A DNA stretch of 62,583 bases from an uncultured Alphaproteobacteria bacterium (GTDB lineage Bacteria; Pseudomonadota; Alphaproteobacteria; CAZZKF01): contig CAZZKF010000004.1 in the NCBI GenBank assembly GCA_964654995.1, positions 1 through 62,583 of the forward strand, given 5' to 3'. A model generated the notes under the pieces. That model was given only the letters and a program-made list of their open reading frames with translations, made no database searches and was not told where the DNA came from. Position 1 is the stretch's first letter, and the number at the start of each line of letters is the position of its first letter. Of the stretch, positions 1 through 13,820 are shown in pieces. The position numbers were made by a program, and so were the translations under genes.

Positions 1-97
1 GCTGGCGCGTCAAACCGCAACAGAATTGATTCCATATGACCGTGATACGCTCTAGGCATCCTTGGCAAAGCGGGAAACTTGGTATGGAGACAGGGAA

Positions 98-364
98 ATG
101 AACGGGGCGGACGTCCTTGAAATTGCCCGTGACGCGATCTGGGTGCTGCTCCAGGTGGCCGGGCCGGTGATGGTCATGGCTCTGGTTGTCGGACTGGTGA
201 TCGCCTTTTTCCAGGCGCTGACCCAGATTCAGGAACTGACGCTCACCTTCGTTCCCAAGATCATCGCCATCTTTCTGTTCCTGCTTGTCCTGCTGCCCTA
301 CATGGGGCAGGCCCTCGTCGGATTCATGGAGCGGCTGTCGCAGCACATCGTCGGCATCGCCTAG
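98..364 (+). CDS. fliQ: Flagellar export apparatus protein FliQ
   Basis: 88-aa hydrophobic ORF with FQALTQIQELTLTFVPK motif; ATG at 98 after GGAGACAGGGAA preferred over TTG at 62; followed by fliR-flhB. Confidence 0.95.
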   Translation: MNGADVLEIARDAIWVLLQVAGPVMVMALVVGLVIAFFQALTQIQELTLTFVPKIIAIFLFLLVLLPYMGQALVGFMERLSQHIVGIA

Positions 365-379
365 GCCGAGAGCGGCGTC

Positions 380-1138
380 ATGCTGCAAGAAATTGTTCCC
401 GCGCAGGTTTTCGCCTTTCTTCTGGTCTTCGCCCGGCTCGGCACCATGGTCATGGTGTTGCCGGCGCTGGGCGAGCGAAGCATCCCGGCGCGCGTTCGCC
501 TGGCGATCGCACTGGCCGTCACCGTGGCGATCGCGCCGGTCGTCATGCAGACCCTGCCAGCGCTCCCCGACCATCCGGTGGCGCTGTTTCTCGCCCTGAT
601 CAGCGAGATCATCGTCGGCATCTTCATCGGCGGCACGGCCCGACTGATCATGAGCGGCCTGCATGTCGCCGGCACCGTGATCGCCTTTCAGAGCGGGCTG
701 GCAGCGGCCCAGAACTTCGATCCCACCCAGGGCAGCCAGAGCGCCCTGGTCGGCACCTTCATGATTCTGCTGGGTGTGGTGGTGATCTTCACCTTCGATC
801 TCCACTACCTCTTGCTGTGGGCGATGCGCGACAGCTACAGCCTGTTCCCGCCCGGCGAGCTGGCTTCGCCCGGAGAATTCGCCGAGCTGGCCGCCAGCTC
901 GGTGTCCAAGGCGTTTGCGCTCGGCATTCAGATCTCGGCGCCGTTTCTGGTCTATGGCATCGTGTTCAATGCCGGGCTCGGCCTGCTGTCGCGCCTGATG
1001 CCCCAGCTTCAGGTGTTCTTCATTGCCATGCCGCTCAACGTCATGCTCGCCTTTCTGGTCATGGCGCTGGTGATCGGCGCGGCGATGACCTGGTTCGCCG
1101 ACTTCTTCGAGACCGCCATGATGGCGTTCCTGAAGTAG
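380..1138 (+). CDS. fliR: Flagellar export apparatus protein FliR
   Basis: Polytopic membrane protein with FARLG, GLAAAQNFDP, RLMPQLQVFFIAMP motifs; between fliQ and flhB. Confidence 0.95.
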   Translation: MLQEIVPAQVFAFLLVFARLGTMVMVLPALGERSIPARVRLAIALAVTVAIAPVVMQTLPALPDHPVALFLALISEIIVGIFIGGTARLIMSGLHVAGTVIAFQSGLAAAQNFDPTQGSQSALVGTFMILLGVVVIFTFDLHYLLLWAMRDSYSLFPPGELASPGEFAELAASSVSKAFALGIQISAPFLVYGIVFNAGLGLLSRLMPQLQVFFIAMPLNVMLAFLVMALVIGAAMTWFADFFETAMMAFLK

Positions 1139-1159
1139 CCGCGAGGGGACCCGCAAGCC

Positions 1160-2248
1160 ATGGCCGGTGAAGACCAGGATCAAGCCCAGAAAACAGAAGA
1201 GCCGACACCGAAACGGCTTGAAGACGCCTATAAGAAGGGCGATGTCGCGCGCTCCCAGGAAGTCAAGCACCTGTTCATGATCCTGGCGGCGACGCTGGCG
1301 ATTACCCTGTTTGCCGGCCATACCATGAGCCGCCTGCAGAGCGATCTGCGGGTGTTTCTGGAATCACCGCATCTGGTGCTGGTCGGTCCCGGCAACATGC
1401 GGGCGTTGATCCAGGCTGTCGGCCATGATGTCTTTGCAGCGCTGCTGCTGCCGCTGATTTTGTTCGTGATCGCGGCGATCGCCGGCAACATGATTCAGAA
1501 CAAGCCGGTGCTCACCTTCGAGAAAATGAAGCCCAAGCCGGAGAAAATCTCGGTACTCAAGGGCTTGAAGCGGATGTTTTCGATCGAGACGGCGGCTGAA
1601 TTCGCCAAGAACCTGCTCAAGCTGCTGATCGTCTCCGCCGTGGTGCTGATCCTGATATGGCCGGAGCGCGCCCGCCTCGAGCAGCTGGTGACCTATGAAG
1701 CGGCCGGCCTGGTGCGCCTGATCGACGGCCTGGTCACCCGGATGCTGATCGGCGTGGTTTCGATTCTGGCGGTGATCGCCGGCGCCGACTATCTGTTTCA
1801 GCGCTTTCAGCATCACAAGAAACAGCGGATGACCAAGCAGGAGGTCAAGGACGAGCACAAGCAGCTCGAAGGCGATCCGGCGGTCAAGGCGCGACTGCGC
1901 CAGATCCGCATGGACCGGGCTCGCAAGCGGATGATGGCGGCGGTGCCCGAGGCCGATGTGGTGATCACCAACCCGACCCATTTCGCCGTCGCCCTCAAAT
2001 ATGACGCCGACGCGATGGAGGCGCCAAAACTGGTGGCCAAGGGCCTCGACAAGATAGCCCGGCGCATCCGCGACCTGGCCGAGGAAAACGACGTGCCGAT
2101 CGTCGAGAACCCGCCGCTGGCCCGGGCGCTTTATGCGACGGTGGAGGTCGACGAGCAAATCCCGCCCGAACATTACAAGGCGGTGGCCGAAATCATTGGC
2201 TACATCATGCGGCTGCGCAATAAAATGGCCGGGCGCCGACCCGCCTGA
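1160..2248 (+). CDS. flhB: Flagellar export substrate-specificity protein FlhB
   Basis: N-terminal KTEEPTPKRL and NPTH autocleavage motif (VVITNPTHFAVAL). Confidence 0.97.
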   Translation: MAGEDQDQAQKTEEPTPKRLEDAYKKGDVARSQEVKHLFMILAATLAITLFAGHTMSRLQSDLRVFLESPHLVLVGPGNMRALIQAVGHDVFAALLLPLILFVIAAIAGNMIQNKPVLTFEKMKPKPEKISVLKGLKRMFSIETAAEFAKNLLKLLIVSAVVLILIWPERARLEQLVTYEAAGLVRLIDGLVTRMLIGVVSILAVIAGADYLFQRFQHHKKQRMTKQEVKDEHKQLEGDPAVKARLRQIRMDRARKRMMAAVPEADVVITNPTHFAVALKYDADAMEAPKLVAKGLDKIARRIRDLAEENDVPIVENPPLARALYATVEVDEQIPPEHYKAVAEIIGYIMRLRNKMAGRRPA

Positions 2249-2251
2249 GGC

Positions 2252-2279
2252 TTGACGCCGGCGGCTGCCGTGCCATGCT
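2252..2279 (+). promoter_or_regulatory. Putative sigma70 promoter of cckA (TTGACG-N16-CATGCT), GANTC site immediately downstream
   Basis: Motif read directly in flhB-cckA intergenic gap; GATTC at 2280-2284. Confidence 0.4.
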
Positions 2280-2331
2280 GATTCCGGCGTCGACGCCAGG
2301 GCTGATTGCGGCTTTTTGAAGGGCTTTGAGG

Positions 2332-4503
<2,172 letters not shown>

Positions 4504-4577
4504 GCCGGCCGCAGCGCCGGCGACAGAGGCGCCCGGACCGGCGCCTGCCTAAGGCTTTACCGCGCTGGAAAAGTCCC

Positions 4578-4592
4578 GAACATTTCTCGAAC
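4578..4592 (+). promoter_or_regulatory. Alphaproteobacterial LexA (SOS) box, GAAC-N7-GAAC
   Basis: GAAC ATTTCTC GAAC upstream of recA. Confidence 0.7.
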
Positions 4593-4636
4593 ACATTTGT
4601 GAAACATACGTTATTTCAACAACTTGCCAAACAGGC

Positions 4637-4664
4637 TTGCCAATGGGAACAAAACATGTACATT
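4637..4664 (+). promoter_or_regulatory. recA promoter (TTGCCA-N16-TACATT) overlapped by LexA box GAAC-N7-GTAC at 4647-4661
   Basis: GAAC AAAACAT GTAC lies in the spacer and -10 of a sigma70-like promoter. Confidence 0.8.
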
Positions 4665-4725
4665 AGAGATCTGGCCAGGGCGATTGCATCGCTCGCAGGG
4701 CTGTGAAATAACAGGGGACCGGATC

Positions 4726-5823
4726 ATGTCAGCCACCAATTTGCGGGTCGTGGAACGCAGCGGAATGGACAAGGAAAAAGCACTCGAGGCGGCGCTCGGG
4801 CAGATCGAGCGGGCGTTCGGCAAGGGCTCGGTCATGAAACTGGGGCAAGAAGGCCGGGCCGTCGATATCGACGCCGTGCCCACCGGCTCGCTGGGTCTCG
4901 ATATCGCGCTTGGCGTCGGCGGCCTGCCGCGTGGCCGGGTGATTGAAATCTACGGCCCCGAAAGCTCGGGCAAGACGACGCTGGCCCTGCATGTCATCGC
5001 CGAGGTACAGAAGCGCGGCGGCGTCGCCGCCTTCATCGATGCCGAACATGCGCTCGATCCCGGCTATGCGGCCAAGCTCGGGGTCGATGTCGGCGAACTG
5101 CTGATCTCGCAGCCGGATGCCGGCGAACAGGCGCTGGAGATTGCCGATACCCTGGTGCGCTCCGGCGCGGTCGAGATTCTGGTGGTGGACTCGGTGGCGG
5201 CGCTGACCCCGCGGGCCGAGCTCGAGGGCGAGATGGGGGACACCCACGTCGGCCTGCATGCCCGGTTGATGAGCCAGGCCTTGCGCAAGCTCACCGGCTC
5301 GATCTCGCGCTCCAACTGCATGGTCGTCTTCATCAACCAGATCCGCATGAAGATCGGCGTCATGTTCGGCAATCCGGAAACCACGACCGGCGGCAACGCC
5401 CTCAAGTTCTATGCCTCGGTGCGTCTCGACATCCGCCGCATCGGCCAGATCAAGGACCGCGACGAGGTGGTCGGCAACCAGACCCGGGTCAAGGTGGTCA
5501 AAAACAAGGTGGCGCCGCCGTTCAAGGTGGTCGAATTCGACATCATGTACGGCGCCGGCATTTCGCGCACCGGCGAGCTGATCGATCTCGGTGTCAAATC
5601 CGGCATCATCGAAAAATCCGGGTCCTGGTTCTCTTACGACTCTCAGCGCATCGGTCAGGGCCGCGAAAACGCCAAGCGGTTCCTGGCCGAAAATCCCGGC
5701 ATTGCCGATGCCATCGAGCGCGCCATCCGCGAAAGCGCCGGGCTGCCGGTGGCGCCGGTGCCCGAGGCGGCGCCGATCGAGGCGCCGGCCGGCGATGACG
5801 GAGGCAAATCCCGCGCCGTCTAG
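4726..5823 (+). CDS. recA: Recombinase A
   Basis: GPESSGKTT Walker [21 protein letters not shown] signature; ATG 4726 after AGGGGA preferred to the longer ORF start. Confidence 0.99.
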   Translation: MSATNLRVVERSGMDKEKALEAALGQIERAFGKGSVMKLGQEGRAVDIDAVPTGSLGLDIALGVGGLPRGRVIEIYGPESSGKTTLALHVIAEVQKRGGVAAFIDAEHALDPGYAAKLGVDVGELLISQPDAGEQALEIADTLVRSGAVEILVVDSVAALTPRAELEGEMGDTHVGLHARLMSQALRKLTGSISRSNCMVVFINQIRMKIGVMFGNPETTTGGNALKFYASVRLDIRRIGQIKDRDEVVGNQTRVKVVKNKVAPPFKVVEFDIMYGAGISRTGELIDLGVKSGIIEKSGSWFSYDSQRIGQGRENAKRFLAENPGIADAIERAIRESAGLPVAPVPEAAPIEAPAGDDGGKSRAV

Positions 5824-5845
5824 CGCTTTTTGCAGCACCATGATC

Positions 5846-5875
5846 CAAAGGGGGCCTTTCGGGGCCCCCTTTGTT
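5846..5875 (+). terminator. Intrinsic terminator after recA
   Basis: Stem CAAAGGGGGCC / GGCCCCCTTTG with TTTCGG loop followed by TT. Confidence 0.8.
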
Positions 5876-6012
5876 GATCACAAACCTCACCGAAGGGCGT
5901 GGCTGGACAGGCTTCCGGGCAAAGGCTAAAAGCTAGGCATCCGCATGCATCGGGCGGCAGGAAGCCGTCGGACGTGTGAATTGCGGGCACCGGACAGCAG
6001 GGCACGAGGCGT

Positions 6013-8688
<2,676 letters not shown>

Positions 8689-8716
8689 GGCCGGCCCCCG
8701 CGCGGGAGATGACCTG

Positions 8717-9940
8717 ATGATGCGTCTGCGCCGCCGGCTGTTCGAAATCCTCGAGGTCGGCGATATCGGTGACCGCACCAGCCAGATGATCGATCTGGCG
8801 CTGGTCACCCTGATCATCGCCAATGTGATCGCGGTGGCCGCCGAGTCGGTTGAGGACCTGCATCAGCGGTTCTACACCGAGTTTCTCGTCTTCGAGATCG
8901 TCTCCGTCGTTATTTTCGGGCTCGAGTATCTGGCCCGGGTCTGGGTCTGCGTCGAGGGGCCGAAATACGGCCAGGGGCCAGCCTGGCGCGGGCGTTTGCG
9001 CTATGTGCTCTCGCTTTACGCGCTCATCGACCTGGCCGCGGTCCTGCCCTCGGTGCTGTGGATGCTGCTGTGGCCGGATCTGCGGTTTCTGCGCATCTTC
9101 CGGCTGGTGCGGCTGCTCAAGCTGGCCCGCTACTCGCCGGCGCTGCATACGCTCGGCCGGGTGCTGGCGCAGGAGCGCCGGGCGCTCGCCGCCAGCCTGG
9201 TGATCATGACCGGCCTGTTGTTCTTTTCCGCCAGCGTCATCTATTTCGTCGAGCGCGAGGCCCAGCCCGAGGCCTTCGGCAGCATTCCCGCCGCCCTGTG
9301 GTGGGCGCTGGCCACACTGACCACGGTGGGCTACGGCGACATCGTGCCGGTCACTCCGGCGGGGCGCATGTTCGGCGGTATCGTGATGGTCTTCGGGCTG
9401 GCGGTGTTCGCGCTGCCCATCGGCATTCTTGCCTCGGGCTTTGCCAGCGAAATCCAGCGCCGCGAATTCGTCGTCACCTGGGGAATGGTGGCGCGGGTGC
9501 CCCTGTTCGCCGGCCTCGATGCCGCGGCGATTGCCGAGATCGCCGGCCTGCTGCGCACCCGGGTGGTCAACGCCGGCGGCGTCATCACCCGGCGCGGCGA
9601 TCCGGCCGACGGCATGTATTTCATCCTCTCGGGCGAGGTCGAGATCTATCTGCCCGGCCAGATCGTCCGGCTCGGCGAGGGCGAATTCTTCGGCGAGCTG
9701 TCGCTGCTGCGCCGCACCCGGCGCCAGGCCAACATCATCGCGGTGCGCAAATGTCACCTGCTGATGCTCGAGGCCGCCGACTTCCACCGTCTGATCAAGG
9801 CCCATCCGGACATCGAGGAAAGCGTCATGCGCATCGCCCGCGAGCGCAGCGGCGCGTCGCTCGAAGCGGCCGGCGAGGGCGACCTGAGTGCCGCCGAGAT
9901 CGAGGCCGGGCGCTGCTGCCCGATGCCGGGTCAGGACTGA
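8717..9940 (+). CDS. Cyclic-nucleotide-gated potassium channel (6TM + cNMP-binding domain, MloK1-like)
   Basis: S4-like LRFLRIFRLVRLLKLAR, selectivity filter TTVGYGD, CNBD motif GEFFGELSLL; ATG at 8717. Confidence 0.9.
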   Translation: MMRLRRRLFEILEVGDIGDRTSQMIDLALVTLIIANVIAVAAESVEDLHQRFYTEFLVFEIVSVVIFGLEYLARVWVCVEGPKYGQGPAWRGRLRYVLSLYALIDLAAVLPSVLWMLLWPDLRFLRIFRLVRLLKLARYSPALHTLGRVLAQERRALAASLVIMTGLLFFSASVIYFVEREAQPEAFGSIPAALWWALATLTTVGYGDIVPVTPAGRMFGGIVMVFGLAVFALPIGILASGFASEIQRREFVVTWGMVARVPLFAGLDAAAIAEIAGLLRTRVVNAGGVITRRGDPADGMYFILSGEVEIYLPGQIVRLGEGEFFGELSLLRRTRRQANIIAVRKCHLLMLEAADFHRLIKAHPDIEESVMRIARERSGASLEAAGEGDLSAAEIEAGRCCPMPGQD

Positions 9941-9959
9941 CGCCTGGCGCTGACCGGGC

Positions 9960-11174
9960 TCAGGCCAGCGCCGCCTTGAGGTTCTCGTCCAGCTTCTCGA
10001 GGAACTGGCTGGTGGTCAGCCACGGCTGCTCGGGGCCGATGAGCAGCGCCAGATCCTTGGTCATATGCCCCGATTCCACGGTTTCCACACATACCCGCTC
10101 CAGCGTATGCGCGAAATTGGCCAGCGCCTCGTTGCCGTCGTTGCGGGCCCGGTAGGCGAGCCCGCGGGTCCAGGCGAAGATCGAGGCGATCGGGTTGGTC
10201 GAGGTTTCCTTGCCCTGCTGGTGCATGCGGTAGTGGCGAGTCACCGTGCCGTGCGCCGCCTCGGCCTCGACCGTCTTGCCGTCCGGGGTCATCAGCACCG
10301 AGGTCATCAGCCCCAGCGAGCCGAAGCCCTGGGCGACGATGTCGGACTGCACGTCGCCGTCATAATTCTTGCAGGCCCAGACGAACTTGCCGCTCCATTT
10401 AAGCGCGCAGGCCACCATGTCGTCGATCAGCCGGTGTTCGTAGGTCAGCCCGTTGGCCTCGAAGCGATCCTTGAACTCGGCCTCGAAGACCTCCTGGAAG
10501 AGATCCTTGAAGCGGCCGTCATAGGCCTTGAGGATGGTGTTCTTGGTCGACATGTAGAGCGGCCAGTTGCGCTCCAGTGCATAATTCATGCACGCCCGGG
10601 CAAAGTCGCGGATCGATTCGTCGAGATTGTACATGCCCATGGCGACGCCGCCGCCGGGGTAATCGAAGACCTCGTATTCGATGGCCTCGCCGCCGTCCGC
10701 CGGCGTATAGGTCATGGTCAGCTTGCCGGGCCCGGGGACGACGAAATCGGTGGCCCGGTACTGGTCGCCATAGGCGTGACGGCCGATGACGATCGGATCG
10801 GTCCAGCCGGGCACCAGCCGCGGCACGTTCTTGCAGATGATCGGCTCCCGGAACACGGTGCCGCCGAGAATGTTGCGGATGGTGCCGTTGGGCGAACGCC
10901 ACATCTTCTTGAGCCCGAACTCCTCGACCCGGGCTTCATCGGGGGTGATGGTGGCGCATTTGACACCGACGCCGTACTTCTTGATGGCGTTGGCGGCATC
11001 GACCGTCACCTGATCGTCGGTGGCGTCCCGGTTCTCGATGCCGAGATCGAAATAGACGAGTTCGATGTCGAGATAGGGAAGGATCAGCTTGTCCTTGATA
11101 AACGCCCAGATGATGCGGGTCATTTCGTCGCCGTCGAGCTCGACGATCGGGTTGGCCACCTTGATCTTTTCCAT
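9960..11174 (-). CDS. icd: NADP-dependent isocitrate dehydrogenase
   Basis: [40 protein letters not shown] motifs. Confidence 0.98.
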   Translation of the reverse strand: MEKIKVANPIVELDGDEMTRIIWAFIKDKLILPYLDIELVYFDLGIENRDATDDQVTVDAANAIKKYGVGVKCATITPDEARVEEFGLKKMWRSPNGTIRNILGGTVFREPIICKNVPRLVPGWTDPIVIGRHAYGDQYRATDFVVPGPGKLTMTYTPADGGEAIEYEVFDYPGGGVAMGMYNLDESIRDFARACMNYALERNWPLYMSTKNTILKAYDGRFKDLFQEVFEAEFKDRFEANGLTYEHRLIDDMVACALKWSGKFVWACKNYDGDVQSDIVAQGFGSLGLMTSVLMTPDGKTVEAEAAHGTVTRHYRMHQQGKETSTNPIASIFAWTRGLAYRARNDGNEALANFAHTLERVCVETVESGHMTKDLALLIGPEQPWLTTSQFLEKLDENLKAALA

Positions 11175-11334
11175 TGCCGTCCCTTCTTGTTAGCGATGCC
11201 GGTTGTCAGCGATGTCGGGATGGAGCGCCCCGGCAGGGGCCGCAGGCGGCGCGAACATAGCAAAGCCGGTGCGCCATGGAAAGCCGGCGAATGCGTTTTT
11301 TTTGATTGTCCTGTCGCGGCTTGTCCGCCGGCCG

Positions 11335-11919
11335 TCAGATCAACTCGCCGGCCGCGTGAATCAAGGGCGCACGCGCCCGTTTGAGCGTCGGCACGACGTC
11401 ATCGACGCTGGTCACCACCTGATACATGCCGGTGGTGGATTCAGAGGCGAAGCCGGTTGCGACGATATGTTCCATCAGCGCCAGCAGGGGCTGCCAGTAG
11501 TCCTGATGATCGACCAGGATCACCGGCTTGTCGTGGAGGCCGAGCTGGCGCCAGGAAATGATCTCGAAGGTCTCATCCAGCGTGCCGATGCCGCCGGGCA
11601 GGCTGACGAAGGCGTCGGACAGCTCGAACATGGTGCGCTTGCGCTCGTGCATGCTCTCCACGACGATCAATTCGCTCAAACCTTCCATGCCGAGCTCGAT
11701 TTCGTTGAGGTGATGCGGGATGATGCCGATCACCTCGCCGCCGGCGGCGAGCGCAGCGCGCGCTGCCGTGCCCATCAGGCCGATGCTGCCGCCACCGAAG
11801 ACCAGACGCAGGCCGGCGTCTGCGAGGCCGCGGCCGAGCCGGGCGGCTGCGTCTTCGTAATCGCCGCCCTGGCCGAGGCGCGACCCGCAATACAGACAGA
11901 CGGTTGCGATTTCGCTCAT
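11335..11919 (-). CDS. LOG family nucleotide monophosphate nucleosidase (TIGR00730-like)
   Basis: LVFGGGSIGLMG, MHERK and PGGIGTLDE motifs. Confidence 0.92.
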   Translation of the reverse strand: MSEIATVCLYCGSRLGQGGDYEDAAARLGRGLADAGLRLVFGGGSIGLMGTAARAALAAGGEVIGIIPHHLNEIELGMEGLSELIVVESMHERKRTMFELSDAFVSLPGGIGTLDETFEIISWRQLGLHDKPVILVDHQDYWQPLLALMEHIVATGFASESTTGMYQVVTSVDDVVPTLKRARAPLIHAAGELI

Positions 11920-12111
11920 CTCTGGCCCCCTGGCTACCGCCGATGCCGCGTAGCCACGTGTTATAGCCGGCTGGCGCCGGTGTTGGGAAGAGCGTCGGTC
12001 GGCCGGACGGGTCGCCGCAATCCGCGCGAATCGCAGAAAAGCCAGGGATTGCGCGGGGCGCGCCCATGGACTAGGGTAGCGCCTTCACCTCGGCAGCCCG
12101 GACGGCGACAG

Positions 12112-13137
12112 GTGCGCACCTCTTCAATTGTTGTGATCTCGGCGATGTTCGTGGCCGCATTGGCGGTCGCGGTCTATCTGTTGGTGCCGCAACAGCGCAC
12201 GCCCGAACCGCAGGCGGTGGCTCCGGCCCCGGCAAGCGCGCCGGCTCCGGCGGCGCAAACCGAGGCGCTGGCGCCGATCCGCCCGTCCTTCGATGTGGTG
12301 CGCATCAGCCGCGAAGGCACCGGCGTGATTGCCGGGCGCGCCGCCCCCAACGCCCGGGTCAGCATCCGCGCCGACGATAACGAAATCGGCAGCGTTGTCG
12401 CCAACATGAACGGCGAATGGGTGCTGATTTTCGACAATCCTCTGGCGCCCGGCGATCACGAGCTGACACTGGTCGCCAGCCAGGACAGCGGCGCGCCGGT
12501 CGAGTCCGACGGCGTGGTGATCGTTTCCCTGCCGGAACGCGTGCCCGAGACGTTTGCCGCCGACACACCGGAAGGGGTGGTGGCGGTGCTCAGCCCGCGC
12601 AGCGGCAGCGGCGTCAGCCGGGTGCTTCAGAAGCCCGGCATGGTGCTGGAGCGCGCCCTCGATCGCCAGCTTCGCATCGAGACCATCGACTATGACCAGG
12701 AAGGCCATGCGGCAATTGCCGGCGAGGGGCCGGCGGGCGCCGAAATCCGGATTTATATCGACAATGCCTACCAGGGGACGGCAACCGGCGACGAGACCGG
12801 GCGCTGGGTGTTCGAGCCGGCGGCGGCGATCGGGCCGGGCAAGCATGTTCTGCGTCTCGACCAGATTCTCGAAGGTGACGACGTGGAGATCCGGATCGAG
12901 CAGCCGTTCGAGCGCGACCGGGCACTTGATGCCTCGCTGGCCTCCGGTCATGTCGTCGTGCGGCCCGGCAATTCGCTGTGGAAGATTGCCCGGCGCATCT
13001 ATGGCAGCGGCATTCGCTATACGCTGATTTTCCGGGCCAATGAAAACCAGATCCGCGACCCCGATCTGATCTATCCCGGGCAGCTGTTCTCGCTGCCCCG
13101 CTCCCAGTCGGAAGCCTCCAGAGCCCCCGGTCCCTGA
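12112..13137 (+). CDS. Membrane-anchored LysM peptidoglycan-binding protein with two Ig-like repeats
   Basis: N-terminal TM, Pro/Ala linker, PSFDVVRI Ig-like domain, C-terminal VVRPGNSLWKIARRIYGSG...IRDPDLIYPGQ LysM; GTG start 12112. Confidence 0.88.
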   Translation: MRTSSIVVISAMFVAALAVAVYLLVPQQRTPEPQAVAPAPASAPAPAAQTEALAPIRPSFDVVRISREGTGVIAGRAAPNARVSIRADDNEIGSVVANMNGEWVLIFDNPLAPGDHELTLVASQDSGAPVESDGVVIVSLPERVPETFAADTPEGVVAVLSPRSGSGVSRVLQKPGMVLERALDRQLRIETIDYDQEGHAAIAGEGPAGAEIRIYIDNAYQGTATGDETGRWVFEPAAAIGPGKHVLRLDQILEGDDVEIRIEQPFERDRALDASLASGHVVVRPGNSLWKIARRIYGSGIRYTLIFRANENQIRDPDLIYPGQLFSLPRSQSEASRAPGP

Positions 13138-13160
13138 TTTCGAGAATCGTGTTGTCGGGA

Positions 13161-13613
13161 TCAGGCCCGTGCCCGGACGGCCCCCACCCGAGGCCGCGGC
13201 ATCCTCGCCCGGCGATCCGCCTGTGTCAGGCCACGAAAGAGGGCAAGATGGGGGCGCATCTGCATCAGAATGATGATCAGCCCGTGGATCAGCTGCGCTG
13301 CGCGCGGCCAGGCTTCGAATCGCGTGACATTGGTGAACTCGAGCCGCTGGCCCGGGGCCAGGCGCAGCCGCGCGGGCAGGTCCGGCGGGGGCTTGGCGAG
13401 AGCCTTGAGAATCTGCAGCCGGACAATCGGATCCTCGGCCGTGTAGGGCAGGGGCCCCAAATCGCAGGTGAGCGTCAGGGCAGCGCCCTGCGTGTCGCTT
13501 TCAACCAGCTCGCCGCGCACCACCATGCCCGACCAGATGAAGCGAAAGCCGGTGCCGCCCTCGGCCGCCATCTGTTCGCGCGCGCGCCGGGCCTCGGACA
13601 CCAGGTCGGCCAT
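13161..13613 (-). CDS. Hypothetical protein
   Basis: 150-aa ORF from ATG 13613 (TTG 13670 alternative) filling the LysM-atm1 gap with protein-like composition; no recognised motif. Confidence 0.6.
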   Translation of the reverse strand: MADLVSEARRAREQMAAEGGTGFRFIWSGMVVRGELVESDTQGAALTLTCDLGPLPYTAEDPIVRLQILKALAKPPPDLPARLRLAPGQRLEFTNVTRFEAWPRAAQLIHGLIIILMQMRPHLALFRGLTQADRRARMPRPRVGAVRARA

Positions 13614-13820
13614 CGATGTGCGATTATCTGCAGGGTTTGCTGCCTGGTCCTGGCAGAGCGAGTCCGTCAAGGCTAGGTCCTTTCCGCTACCGACCCCCTC
13701 AGATCGATGCCCTCAGAAAACAGGTTCAAGTTTAAGATACTGTAAAATCATTCCAGATTGCCGGGGTGCGGCCTGATCCGATTGCCCAAACCGGGGCTGA
13801 GACCCTACACTGCGCCGGTC

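Noticed and set aside
53-62. CTAGGCATCC occurring upstream of both fliQ and alaS (5933-5942)
   Set aside because: Only two 10-nt copies before unrelated genes; could be -10-like sequence or chance
1-97. CtrA box or sigma54 site upstream of fliQ, and CtrA boxes elsewhere (e.g. 13732, 56847)
   Set aside because: No TTAA-N7-TTAA or GG-N10-GC with correct spacing; only half-sites
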